A DNA stretch of 64,000 nt from Candidatus Latescibacterota bacterium. GTDB taxonomy: Bacteria > Latescibacterota > CBDEFO01. The stretch covers positions 1,807,607 through 1,871,606 of the forward strand of contig CBDEFO010000008.1 of the NCBI GenBank assembly GCA_965237525.1. The letters are read 5' to 3'. Position numbers and translations under genes: made by a program. The notes under the pieces are model-generated. The model was not told the origin of the DNA. It did no database searches and was given only the letters and a program-made list of their open reading frames with translations. Shown here in pieces: positions 38,458 through 48,763 of this stretch. Within the stretch, counting starts at the first letter, position 1, and each line of letters begins with the position of its first letter.

Positions 38458-39023
38458 TGGTCTCCTCCTTATAAGATTGCAGAATAAGATTGCAGAATCA
38501 AAGCCATGTCCTACCCAATGGGTACAGAAATAAGGTGGATGAGCCAAGTTGCTTCCATGGTCCCCTTTGTTTTCTCTGTTTGCCAATTCCCCGTTCACTG
38601 CCCGCCATCTGTCCTACTCCTTCGACAGGGAGAGCAGGTCCCCTCATTTTTCAGGAGGACCAGTCTCCTTTCTGCTGCCCTGGGGCGACTGCTGTATCTT
38701 CACAGCACGCAGCAGGCTAAGATATGAAAGGAAATAGTGGATGTCAATAGGAATTATGGCTGACTGCAAAAAGCTCAGAATTCAGATGCGTCTGACGTTA
38801 GTTATCTTTATTCCATGTGCGTCTGAGGAACTTCTTACACATAATTGTCCTTCTCTTAAGGGCACTTCGTGTTCATATTAAAAGAGACAGGGGGAGAAAG
38901 TCTGTTCTGCATTAGATATCTCTATAGGTGAGCTGTTTGATACGATAAAGGCAGAATAGATCAGGGGAGAATACGAGGGTATGGAGGCGATTCGGAAGGT
39001 TTCGGAGAGTTCACCATATCCTC

Positions 39024-39890
39024 TTATACTTTTTCGGCCATCATCCATTGCATGGCGCGACGTGGCACGATTCGCTTGAAGGGGAGCTTGCCCGGTTCTG
39101 TCAAATAGCAGACTATCTCACCCGAAGTTGATGGCCGCATCATCGTCAGGTGAAGACCGTCATTCCAGGTAAATGGCCACTTGGGTGCCCCCACCAGTAC
39201 CAGGTCGCAATTAGATAGGACGTGGCCTTGCTGGATGATCGGCTGCATCGTCGTCAAAAAAGATATGTGATTTGGACCCAGGGCATGGTCGTCTGCCAGA
39301 CCGAAAAGTTGTCTGATGCCGACCCGAATAGTGCGTCCCTGCCTCACAAGTTCTTTGAGTGCCTCCAGGTCTCCGAAAATGGGCTGGCCCTCGGCATCGT
39401 TTTCGTAAACCAGACTGAAGTGATCACAGACCAACAACCGATAGATGCCGTAGGGATAGGTATTGCTTTCATCAAGTACCTTATTACCGAGCATCCACTT
39501 GACATGTGAAAAGGTTCCCGAGCTGTCGTACTTGAACAGACTGATATAGGGCTATTGCGCAATCTCGCCTCGGTGGGTGTAGGAGTGGTGATGACTCATC
39601 AGGCCGGCAAAGTCATCGCCCTCTCCGGCATAGGTCTGTTGAAAATACAGCGTCTCCTCGTAAGTTTCTGTCGTCCATGTAGAGACGGAGGTCAGAGCCA
39701 CGCCGTCCGGCGCTGGCGACTTCTATGGTACTCCCACGAGTAACAGAGAGGTCGGTCTGCTGTTCCAGTGCAAGAATCCAATCATTTCCCATTATGCCTC
39801 TCCAGAATATGTAGATAGCAGTGGTATCTCTTGAGGTTGCTTCTGCACGCCGTGGGCGTTTTCCTGTGGAGTGGAAGTAGCAGCGCACAA
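39024..39890 (-). pseudogene. Degraded hypothetical gene (one frameshift and an in-frame TAG at about 39552-39554)
   Basis: The minus-strand frames join as ...IMGNDWILALEQQTDLSVTRGSTIEV / ...GVALTSVSTWTTETYEETLYFQQTYAGEGDDFAGLMSHHHSYTHRGEIAQ * PYISLFKYDSSGTFSHVKWMLGNKVLDES... No family recognised. Confidence 0.4.
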
Positions 39891-40220
39891 AGTGTCAGCT
39901 TTAGTGAGGTGGCAGCAGGCCACAAAGTGGGCGAAGTAATCTCACTTAAACTTTCCCATCTACTATTTGCTGTCCACTATTTTGGATCTCTATAGTTACC
40001 TCCAGACTATTTCGACCTGATATTTGACTACCTTTGGACAAAATCACTTGCCTTATTATCTTTCCTTTTGTATATTGATCTTGACAAAAGTCCAACCACT
40101 TCGCGGTTTCTTGCCGAAGCCGGGCCATTCCGCCCCTGAAGGCCGGTAGTGAACAACTTTAGAGGTTTGTTTATTGTCTGTCTGGATGCAGAATTATCTT
40201 TTTAGTTTTAGGAGAACAAA

Positions 40221-40839
40221 ATGAAGACCAACCACTCCGTGGTCTCTTGCCGACGCCCTGCCCATTTTCCCACGCTCTTTTTCGTAGCTATCCTGCTTAT
40301 CGCGCCATGCTTAGTCCGTGCGTCCTACGGATTTGATGATAAGGCATTGCAAGAAGCGGACGGTAGTATCCTCAGGTACAGCTCCGCCTGGCTCTCGTCC
40401 TTTTCTCAGTGGCCTGGTTCCATTAACAAAATAGGGGAAATGGGGAGCCTACGCGCTTCTCCTTTTCATCCTTATCGTCACAAGGCAGGATTCGGGTTGC
40501 ACTTGCTCAGAATGAGGCGACTTCTGTGTTTACACCAGAAATAGAACTGAACCCCGATGAAAAGATCACAGACTACACAATTATTCAGGGGGAAGGAGAA
40601 TCCGTTATCAGACCCTCCGAAGACATGAAGTTGGTGGCCAAATTCACTCCTAGAACTGAGGGCAATATAGAAGATAGATTGGTGATCCTGTCCAACGACC
40701 CGAAGCGAGAATCGATCCAGATCACACTCATAGGCAAAGGCTTGAATCTTGAAAGACAACGGGCAACCTATCTTGGCGACTATGGGTTAAAGACCGATCG
40801 CTATAGACCCAATTACGGTGACCACTACTGGCAGTCTAA
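40221..40839 (+). pseudogene. Secreted ASH/HYDIN-like beta-sandwich domain protein; frameshifted near 40526-40544 and 3'-truncated by IS insertion (original C-terminus at 42363-42443)
   Basis: It has a signal peptide (MKTNHSVVSCRRPAHFPTLFFVAILLIAPCLVRASYG) and then, in a second frame, VIRPSEDMKLVAKFTPRTEGNIEDRLVILSNDPKRESIQITLIGKG, which matches the ASH/choice-of-anchor-D domain pattern. The reading frame resumes after the IS as QSKKEIVFKAIFVTVSTAAVASAIALIAQ*. Confidence 0.5.
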
Positions 40840-42358
40840 AAGCCTTGTGAAATAGTTATGTCCCAGGCAGCGTCTGAAGCGCCGATTATGGGTCAAAGAG
40901 TAGCATATCGTATCGTTTTGCTGTGGAATAAGCAAAATAGTCTTATCAGAGTTCTGGTCAGCAAGGAACAGGAGCTGTTTGAAGAACAGGATGCACTGTC
41001 TTTGACAGACAGGGCACACATAGACGCTTTCCCCCTTCTTATGAAAGATACAAGCCTCTTGAGATTCTGTACTGTTGCAACAAGATTCAACTGTTCATTC
41101 AGTGAGGCTGGTCCTCTATAACGGGCTCGTCCCATACCGTGTTGTTGCCTGGCTTCAGCAAAGATATGTTCACTGCGTTTACGGAGTCTCCGGGAGAGTT
41201 TGTAGTCAGCTGTTAATGAGATAGACCGTGCATGATTTCTGGCTTTCGCCTCTCGCACTTTTCTATCCCGTTCGGCCTGAATATGTGCTGGATTTGTCTT
41301 GTTTTTCCATGTAGGAATCGGTTCAATCTTCTCATCGGCTCGCAGAGGAATATGGGGTATGATTCCCCGGTCAAGTACATCAGCGATAAAATTACCAGAA
41401 CCGTAACCGGTATCGGCACTAAGTGTCTGAATGTCTTTGGGCATGGTGTATGTTTCAAGGTCATCTACCATCTTAAGGGCACTTTCGGGCTCTGCTGTCC
41501 CTGTCGCCTGCGTGCCCTGAGTCTCAAGGATTACTCTGCTTTTTGTGTCGATCAGATCATGGCCCATAAACGAGAGAAAAGCCCCTTTGCCCTTCGATTT
41601 GCTGTATAAGCGCGCGTCGGGGTCTGTAGTCGAACGGTGTGTTTGGTTCGTCCACTTTTCACCATGAAAGTCTTTATCCTGAGGATGCCCGGACCTACCC
41701 TTTGTCTTATCACCTTCAAAACCGATTCCCTTGAGATAATCATCAAGAGAAAAAGGGGGTTCTATCGGCTCAATACTTTTCACTGAAGCATCAGCTTGTA
41801 TCTGAGTGCCGTCGACACTAAGGTGTTTACCGCTCACAAGACCGACATCTATGCAACACTGGACTACCTGACGCATTATCCGTTCAAACAACCCACTGGA
41901 TGCCCACTTGTGATTGCGAAGCTTGTTGATCGTGCTCCTATCCGGAACCGCATCATCAAATGTCTGATGACAAAACAACCGATATGCCGCATGCATCCCC
42001 ACTTCCTGACAGAGCCGATTCTCACTCAAATTATACAGATAGCCAATAAGGATCATTCGAACAACTAATTCAGGATCAATACCGGGTCTGCCATTGTCAG
42101 GGCAATAACAATCTGATACAACGTCTCGTACAAATGAAAAATCAACTGCCTCATCAATCTGACGAAGGATATGATCCTCGGGAACTAAATCCTCCATCTG
42201 AAAATAGTGAAACATCGGATTTGTCTGTTCCTGCTTTTGTGGGGTCATTGTTTCCTCCATGTATAATATTATCAATAACATAATATAATACATCGGAGCT
42301 GCTTTATCAATGCTTGTTCTATACTACTTTCTGAATCTAAGGGTTTTTCACAAGGCTT
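40840..42358 (-). mobile_element. IS5-family insertion sequence, copy 1 (1519 bp) with a 4-bp target duplication CTAA (40836-40839 and 42359-42362)
   Basis: Terminal inverted repeats are AAGCCTTGTGAAA...TTTCACAAGGCTT. It is about 99% identical to the copy at 61816-63338. The transposase is intact. Confidence 0.85.
40893..42248 (-). CDS. IS5-family (InsH/DUF772-like N-terminus, DDE) transposase
   Basis: About 451 aa from MTPQKQEQTN. The regions LVVRMILIGYLYNLSENRLCQE...AVPDRSTINKLRN, LSVDGTQIQADAS, LSADTGYGSG and NHARSISLTADYKLSRRLRKRSEHIFAEARQ parallel IS5 InsH regions. Confidence 0.8.
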   Translation of the reverse strand: MTPQKQEQTNPMFHYFQMEDLVPEDHILRQIDEAVDFSFVRDVVSDCYCPDNGRPGIDPELVVRMILIGYLYNLSENRLCQEVGMHAAYRLFCHQTFDDAVPDRSTINKLRNHKWASSGLFERIMRQVVQCCIDVGLVSGKHLSVDGTQIQADASVKSIEPIEPPFSLDDYLKGIGFEGDKTKGRSGHPQDKDFHGEKWTNQTHRSTTDPDARLYSKSKGKGAFLSFMGHDLIDTKSRVILETQGTQATGTAEPESALKMVDDLETYTMPKDIQTLSADTGYGSGNFIADVLDRGIIPHIPLRADEKIEPIPTWKNKTNPAHIQAERDRKVREAKARNHARSISLTADYKLSRRLRKRSEHIFAEARQQHGMGRARYRGPASLNEQLNLVATVQNLKRLVSFIRRGKASMCALSVKDSASCSSNSSCSLLTRTLIRLFCLFHSKTIRYATL

Positions 42359-42603
42359 CTAAGAAGGAGATAGTCTTTAAGGCGATCTTTGTCACAGTAA
42401 GCACAGCCGCGGTAGCTTCAGCTATAGCCTTGATCGCGCAGTAATTATGAATTGTCTCTAAGGTTGCACTAAGAACTCGCTATGGGCAGCGTGGCCACTG
42501 CGTGCGCTGTGGCTACCCGTTTTTCCAGGGGGCACGAATGGCAGCAAGCCCCCGATAGATTCACTCGGGGGCTTGCCACGAAGTGTTCTGTGGTGGACGA
42601 TAC

Positions 42604-43968
42604 TTAGATTTCTGTGTGCTCCTCCGGGTCTTCTGAAGCAGTTGTTCCCTCCTTAATCTTATCTTTGTCGATTTTAGTGATTTTCACTTTCGATATTCTT
42701 TGACCTTCCAACTCCTCGATCCACATTTTGAGCCCGTTAAACTCGAAACTTTCACTTTCATCGGGGATATGTCCAAGATAATCGTAGATGAACCCTCCCA
42801 GTGTCCCAAAGCTGTCTGACGGTATCTCAGAGTTTAAAGTCTCATTCAGGTTGTGTATGTTTATCTTAGCATCCACTATCCAGGACGATCTTTTCTCATC
42901 CCAAAAAATTAAGCCCTTCTCCTCATCGTATTCGTCCTCTATCTCCCCAACTATCTCCTCCAGGAGGTCCTCGAGAGTCACCAATCCCGCCACACCGCCG
43001 TACTCGTCCACTACGATAGCCATATGCCTCTTTTCCCGCTTGAAATCTCTCAAAAGCTCATCTATCTTCTTATTTTCTGGTACATAATAGGCCTCCCGGA
43101 TCAAACTGCTCTCTCCCTTCTCCTTAATGAACTCTTCTAAAGTGTCATCAGTACTCCAATCCTTCGAACTTCCCAAAGCGTACAAGAGGTCCTTAGCGTA
43201 CACCACTCCTTCTACATTATCCACCTTCTCTCTGTAGACAGGAACTCTGGAATGTCCACCCTGCTTGATCATCACCAATAACTCTCCCAAGCTTAAAGAG
43301 CACTCCGCAGCGACCATATCTACCCTCGGCACCATTACCCCCTTGACCGTAGTGTCGTAGAACTCAAATATGCCCTCAATCATCTCCTTTTCATCCTCCT
43401 CGATCACACCCTCTTCACTTTCTGTCTCCACTATAGTCCTTAACTCTTCCTCCTTTGCGGCCTTATAGTCCACTTCATCCGACAGCAAACCTAACAACCT
43501 GCTCAGAGCACGCGCGAAAGGGGCAAAGGCAAAGTGAAATAGATAAAAATAGAACCGAAACTTGGGAGCATCTCGGTTTTCGTTATCGTCCTTCCTGAGG
43601 CGATAGGGGATGTTCTCACACAGGACCAGAAAAAGTCCCGCCAGAACTATTCCCCATATAATACCGTAATTTCCGGAAAAATCCATAGCCAGAAGGACTG
43701 TTGAAGTCACAGCCACAGTACCGAGCAAAGTCCGGGCTATCCTTACTGTAAGTCCGAGCTTGTCCCTTGGCTGATAAACTCTTAACATCCTTCGAGCTCC
43801 CACCAAGCCTTCCTCATCCATCCTTAACAAGGAAGACCGCGAAACAGAAGAAATCGCGGCTTCCATCTTAGATAACAGTATGGTCATCAGAAACGAAATG
43901 ACCGCCACAATCGCTTTTAATACGATCCATCCCTGTGTGTTGTTTACTCCAAACGACGACTCGTCCAA
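42604..43968 (-). CDS. corC: CNNM/CorC/HlyC-family transporter (DUF21 + CBS pair + CorC_HlyC)
   Basis: 454-aa ORF with an N-terminal 4-TM DUF21, a tandem CBS pair (GVMVPRVDMVAA...) and a C-terminal transporter-associated domain. Confidence 0.8.
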   Translation of the reverse strand: MDESSFGVNNTQGWIVLKAIVAVISFLMTILLSKMEAAISSVSRSSLLRMDEEGLVGARRMLRVYQPRDKLGLTVRIARTLLGTVAVTSTVLLAMDFSGNYGIIWGIVLAGLFLVLCENIPYRLRKDDNENRDAPKFRFYFYLFHFAFAPFARALSRLLGLLSDEVDYKAAKEEELRTIVETESEEGVIEEDEKEMIEGIFEFYDTTVKGVMVPRVDMVAAECSLSLGELLVMIKQGGHSRVPVYREKVDNVEGVVYAKDLLYALGSSKDWSTDDTLEEFIKEKGESSLIREAYYVPENKKIDELLRDFKREKRHMAIVVDEYGGVAGLVTLEDLLEEIVGEIEDEYDEEKGLIFWDEKRSSWIVDAKINIHNLNETLNSEIPSDSFGTLGGFIYDYLGHIPDESESFEFNGLKMWIEELEGQRISKVKITKIDKDKIKEGTTASEDPEEHTEI

Positions 43969-44033
43969 AGATAAAAACCCCTTTCGAGTTTAAAGGAAAA
44001 AGATCAGATCTCCTGATTCCTTATTTTCTGATC

Positions 44034-44504
44034 TTAACTACTTACCTTCCGGGAACTTGACAAAGATGAAAATTGCTTTAGGTACCTTTCCACGCTCTCC
44101 GTCATCATCATCTTCTCCGCCTCGTCTTTGTGATCCATTCCTGTAAGGTGCAAAATGCCGTGAGCCAAGAGTCGCACCACCTCCTCCTCTAAAGGTACTC
44201 CGGCCTTGAAAGCTTGTTCCTTTGCTCTTTCTATCGATATGTAGACCTCCCCTTGGACATCGTCGGAAAAATCCGAGGCGTCGAAGTCATCTTCGAGGTG
44301 GAAGGACAATACATCAGTCGGGGAATCTATCGAGCGATACCGACGATTTAAGTGGTGAATAAACTTATCGTTGGAGATCACGACACTGATTGTCCCCTTT
44401 TCTTTGCCTTTGTCCTTTATGATCCGCTCCGAAAGTAGCTTGAACTTATACTCATCCCACCATGTGGGTCTGTCTGTTTCTTCAAAAAAAAACTTCACAC
44501 TCAT
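44034..44504 (-). CDS. ybeY: rRNA maturation endoribonuclease YbeY
   Basis: The zinc motif is HGILHLTGMDH. Confidence 0.88.
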   Translation of the reverse strand: MSVKFFFEETDRPTWWDEYKFKLLSERIIKDKGKEKGTISVVISNDKFIHHLNRRYRSIDSPTDVLSFHLEDDFDASDFSDDVQGEVYISIERAKEQAFKAGVPLEEEVVRLLAHGILHLTGMDHKDEAEKMMMTESVERYLKQFSSLSSSRKVSS

Positions 44505-44517
44505 CTCTTAGACCCTC

Positions 44518-46770
44518 TCAGGCACTAGCTTTCTTGGGATACTCGATCCGCTCATGCAGGGCTCCTGCAAGGATGTGCATAAAGCCTCCCTCTATCGCCG
44601 TTAGATCTTTTAGCGTCAGATCGCACTCATCCAATTCGGATTCTGAGAATCTCTCCTTTATAGTATCTCTGACCACTCCCTTGACTCTGCCCGGCGCTTT
44701 GTCCTTTAATACCCTTGTAGTCGCCTCGATTGCATCTGCCAACATGATGATACCCGCCACTTTTGTCTGCGGTCTTGGTCCTTCGTACCTGAAATCCTGG
44801 GCACTTACGTCATCTTTGCCTTCTCTTTGGATCGCCCGGTCGTAAAAATAAACCGCAAGGGTCATCCCGTGATGCTGTAGGATTATGTCTATTATGGCTT
44901 TGGGGAGGCCATTCTCCTCGGCCATCTCCTGACCGTCCTTCACGTGAGAGACTATGATAAGAGCGCTCATCGAAGGAGACAGCTTATCGTGAGGATTCCT
45001 CATTCCCACCTGATTTTCTATAAAGTACTCAGAGTTCTTCATTTTCCCTATATCGTGGTAGTAACAACCTACCCTGGCCAGTAGAGGATTTTCCCCAATT
45101 GCCTCCGACGCTGCCTCGGAGAGATTGGCCATAATTACGCTGTGAGTGTACGTCCCCGGAGCCCTCAACGCCAACTCTCTTAGAAGGGGTCGGTTCAGAT
45201 CCGAAAGTTCCAAAAGCGTAATATCCGTCGTTATGTTGAATATGCTCTCAAAGATAGGCAGTAGACCCATAGCCAAGACAGGTGAAAAGAACCCCACCAG
45301 TGCCCCCGGCAGAATATCTTCTAAGATCCTCTCTGAGGGCCCAAACCTTAAAACATCCGTTGCGGCTATCGTCGCCCCATAGATCAGCACCAGATAGATT
45401 ATAGACCGATAGAAACTCTGCCTGTGTCTGACGTTCCTCACCGAATAGGCAGCTACTCCCCCAGAAAGCGCAAATACGAACGTTGCCTGAAGATCGTAAT
45501 TTAAAATGATCCCCGATAGAAGAGAGATCGCAAACGTAAAGACCAGTCCCACTTCCGCATCGAACAAAATAGTGGCCAGCATAGCAGAAAGAGCCACTGG
45601 CACTAAAAACTGCGCATTTATCTGAATTGGGCCATAAAACGGCAAACTCCATGTAATTTCTGGAGTCGACGCTGCCCACGAAGCTATAAGCACCGGAAAC
45701 ACAAGCACTATGGTCAAAAGGAGAAGATGCGAGACTTTATCGTATATAGACCTTCTGAACATGTAAAGATAGATCAAAAACAAAAATATAATGAGCGAGC
45801 ATACTATCCCTTTTGCTCCGATTGTGAGCGTCCTTTTCCAGGGGTACTCCGCCTGCGTCAGTGATAGCTTCTTTTGCATGGAGTTCAAAACGTCCACGTG
45901 ATCAGATGTAACTTTTTCGTTGGCATCTATTATCACCTGTTTTTTTATGTACTGATCCTTTACGGGAGCCACACCACCCGCAGCTTCGTTTCTCCTTCTT
46001 TCTGTTTCATCTTTGTTGAACTTAATATTTTCAGTAATCAATGAGCTTGTCAGTGCCACACACATATTTGCTGTTTCCTTATTTTCTATCCTGTTTTCCA
46101 CGATCTCCTTTATGTCCTCTCGCACCTTTGTTATATCCTTAAGCTCATCGGCCGGAAGCATCTGCTCTTTACCGCCCTTGAAGAGAGAAATCCTCCTTTT
46201 TGACTCGGGGAAGACCTGACTTTCCACAACTTTCTTATCGCGCACAATGCCCACACTGTAGTTGTCCTTTAAGACCTCCCTGCACACCTTTTTAATCGCA
46301 TCCGTCTCTCTTGAGCTTAACAAAAAGCCTATCACATCCTTCGGAATTATCGGATGTTTGTTCCAGAGCTGATCTATCTTCTCTGCGAAAATAGTCTCTT
46401 CTTCTTTTATCCTTTGCACATCTTTAAACAGAGAATCCAAAGCCCCGATTTGCCTTTTTCCCATCTCCTCATCAAAATAGAAGACAGGGGCCACAGCCCT
46501 TTGCTCCTTTCTTTTGTCCTCCTCGTATTCCTTATCGTTCTTAAACACGCGAAAATCGAAGGGAGCTACGATCTTTTCCGCAGCTATCCTCCCCTCCTCC
46601 AACTCGTGAGTCTTCCTCTGAGGAAAGGAGGCCGTCAAAACCACGATCTGAGCCCCTATCAAAAGCCATCTCAAGATCCTGCTTCTGGCTTTGTGTTCCC
46701 TGCTCTGATGCCTCAACACACCCGAAGGACTTTTCCGAAATATCCTTGAGAGTCTTCTTGTGAGGTCCAC
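44518..46770 (-). CDS. 7TM receptor with intracellular HD/HDIG hydrolase domain (YqfF/PgpH-like)
   Basis: 750-aa ORF with an extracellular N-domain, 7 TM helices, and HDIGK in CYYHDIGKMKNSEYF. Confidence 0.8.
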   Translation of the reverse strand: MDLTRRLSRIFRKSPSGVLRHQSREHKARSRILRWLLIGAQIVVLTASFPQRKTHELEEGRIAAEKIVAPFDFRVFKNDKEYEEDKRKEQRAVAPVFYFDEEMGKRQIGALDSLFKDVQRIKEEETIFAEKIDQLWNKHPIIPKDVIGFLLSSRETDAIKKVCREVLKDNYSVGIVRDKKVVESQVFPESKRRISLFKGGKEQMLPADELKDITKVREDIKEIVENRIENKETANMCVALTSSLITENIKFNKDETERRRNEAAGGVAPVKDQYIKKQVIIDANEKVTSDHVDVLNSMQKKLSLTQAEYPWKRTLTIGAKGIVCSLIIFLFLIYLYMFRRSIYDKVSHLLLLTIVLVFPVLIASWAASTPEITWSLPFYGPIQINAQFLVPVALSAMLATILFDAEVGLVFTFAISLLSGIILNYDLQATFVFALSGGVAAYSVRNVRHRQSFYRSIIYLVLIYGATIAATDVLRFGPSERILEDILPGALVGFFSPVLAMGLLPIFESIFNITTDITLLELSDLNRPLLRELALRAPGTYTHSVIMANLSEAASEAIGENPLLARVGCYYHDIGKMKNSEYFIENQVGMRNPHDKLSPSMSALIIVSHVKDGQEMAEENGLPKAIIDIILQHHGMTLAVYFYDRAIQREGKDDVSAQDFRYEGPRPQTKVAGIIMLADAIEATTRVLKDKAPGRVKGVVRDTIKERFSESELDECDLTLKDLTAIEGGFMHILAGALHERIEYPKKASA

Positions 46771-46776
46771 GTCTTT

Positions 46777-47742
46777 TTATTCCCCGTTTTCTCGCTCGTA
46801 AAGATCGTATGCCTTTATTATTTCCCCAACCAGGCGATGCCGCACAACGTCCCTTTCTGTCAGGAACACGAACTTGATCCGCTCTATGCCCTTGAGGACA
46901 TCTCTTGTCTGCACAAGTCCCGAAGTGCTCTCAAAAGGCAGATCCACCTGAGTTATATCTCCTGTTACCACAGCTTTGGAATTTACGCCCAATCTGGTCA
47001 GAAACATCTTCATCTGCAAAGGTGTGGTGTTTTGAGCCTCGTCCAGGATTACATAGGCTCCGCTTAGAGTCCTTCCCCTCATATAAGCAAGTGGGACTAT
47101 CTCTATTATTCTCGTATCCTGAAGTCGTTTGAGCTTATCAGGTTCTATCATATCGTGAAGAGCGTCATAAAGGGGCCTTAAAAAAGGGTCTACCTTCTCC
47201 TGCATATCCCCGGGAAGAAAACCCAGCCTTTCTCCAGCTTCGACTGCGGGTCTAGCCAGTATAATCCGTGAGACATCTTTCCTTTTGAAAGCGGCAACGG
47301 CCATAGCGACTGCAAGATATGTCTTTCCCGTTCCCGCAGGTCCAATCCCGAACACTATGTCGTACTCCTCAATAGCTGACACGTAAAGATACTGTCCCAA
47401 AGTCTTAGGACGGACCTGGACCCTCTTAGCTGAGAGAATCACCTTCTGTGACAGAACGTCAGAGACGTCCTTTCCCTTATCCTTTATCTGGTCCAATACC
47501 TCCACCAATGGCCTTCCCCTGTCGTCACTTCCGGCTCTTACAAGTTCAGCCAGATCTCTCAAGAGCCGAACCGCACCCTTAACGTCTTCTTCGTCCCCCT
47601 GAATCGTAACGTCTTGGCCCCTTGCCACTATCTTGACGTTGTATTTACTCTCTATAGAAAAGAGATTCGAATCGTTGTGACCGTAAAAAAGGAGAGGGTC
47701 CACGCCTTCCACTGATATTTTCTTTGAAACGCTGTCGCTCAA
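46777..47742 (-). CDS. phoH: PhoH-like ATPase (YbeZ)
   Basis: The Walker A motif is GPAGTGKTYLA. It is the first gene of the conserved phoH / 7TM-HD / ybeY / corC operon. Confidence 0.88.
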   Translation of the reverse strand: MSDSVSKKISVEGVDPLLFYGHNDSNLFSIESKYNVKIVARGQDVTIQGDEEDVKGAVRLLRDLAELVRAGSDDRGRPLVEVLDQIKDKGKDVSDVLSQKVILSAKRVQVRPKTLGQYLYVSAIEEYDIVFGIGPAGTGKTYLAVAMAVAAFKRKDVSRIILARPAVEAGERLGFLPGDMQEKVDPFLRPLYDALHDMIEPDKLKRLQDTRIIEIVPLAYMRGRTLSGAYVILDEAQNTTPLQMKMFLTRLGVNSKAVVTGDITQVDLPFESTSGLVQTRDVLKGIERIKFVFLTERDVVRHRLVGEIIKAYDLYERENGE

Positions 47743-48049
47743 TCTTTAGAACCTCCCTCCATCAAACAAGAAAAGCCCCCACTTTCGGGCAGTAGCCGGA
47801 GACGAGAGCTTTTTAGCAACCAAACTGTTCAGATCCGAAAAATTTTAATCTTGTCGAGGAAACGGATATCGTTCATCCAGGGACGAAAGCAAAGATTTAA
47901 AGATAAACGTAAGATAAAATCACGCCGTCCTTTAAAATTAAAAAACAATCCATAGTTTCAGGCATAATATTAACATATATATAAGGCAATGTCAAGAGAA
48001 AAATAGACTAAGCTGTGTGATAGGGCGTACTGGCGAGCTTTTCGGGGTA

Positions 48050-48670
48050 AAATCGTCCGCATCACCGATTTAGGTAATCTCATACCGCTCCCATGTCACC
48101 GTCAGCGGATTCATCCCCGTCCATCTATCCTACGACCCATGCGTCTTGGGGCTCACCCGCTAAGAGGCGAACAATGTTCAGGCTGTGACAGCCGCCTCCC
48201 GATATTTGGTTGGTCATATGATAATTGCTAGTGGTCAGATTCTTTCGGAATTTCCCATCATCTATCATTTCCCTTGCCTTCCACATGTAAGGAAGATCCT
48301 CACGTAGTCTTCCTAAGTCCAAACCTTTGCTGGTCAAAATTGTGTTGACTTATGCACGATTTTAAGGTAATCTCATACCGCTCCCATGTCACCGTCAGCG
48401 GATTCATCCCCGTCCATCTACCCTACGACCCATGCGTCTTGGGGCTCACCCGCTAAGAGGCGAACAATGTTCAGGCTGTGACAGCCGCCTCCCGATATTT
48501 GGTTGGTCATATGATAATTGCTAGTGGTCAGATTCTTTCCGAATTTCCCATCATCTATCATTTCCCTTGCCTTCCACATGTAAGGAAGATGCTCACACAG
48601 CTTCTCCAAGTCAGTACATTACTGGTCAAAATTATGTTGACTTGTGCACGATCTTAGGGTAATTTGAATC
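48050..48670 (+). repeat. Tandem duplication with an about 293-bp period (two full units and the start of a third), each preceded by a TTGACT...TAAGGTAAT promoter-like sequence
   Basis: Units start at about 48073, 48366 and 48658 (ggtaatctcataccgctcccatgtcaccgtcagcgg...). They are about 97% identical and contain several internal hairpins (ggctgtgacagcc, cttccacatgtaaggaag). The third copy runs into the leader of the gene at 48764. Confidence 0.8.
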
Positions 48671-48763
48671 CTTGCGCGGCACAGCTCATCTCTATGTTTT
48701 AGTAGGCAGGAATTCGGTTATGATGCCTAAAAAGGTATGATGCCTAAAAGGACAGATAAAGAC

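Noticed and set aside
48125-48609. Two small paralogous minus-strand proteins (70 and 63 aa) inside the 293-bp repeats
   Set aside because: Both need TTG starts with no ribosome-binding site, and their N-termini coincide with the repeat boundary. They are more likely non-coding, so they are reported as a repeat or possible RNA instead.
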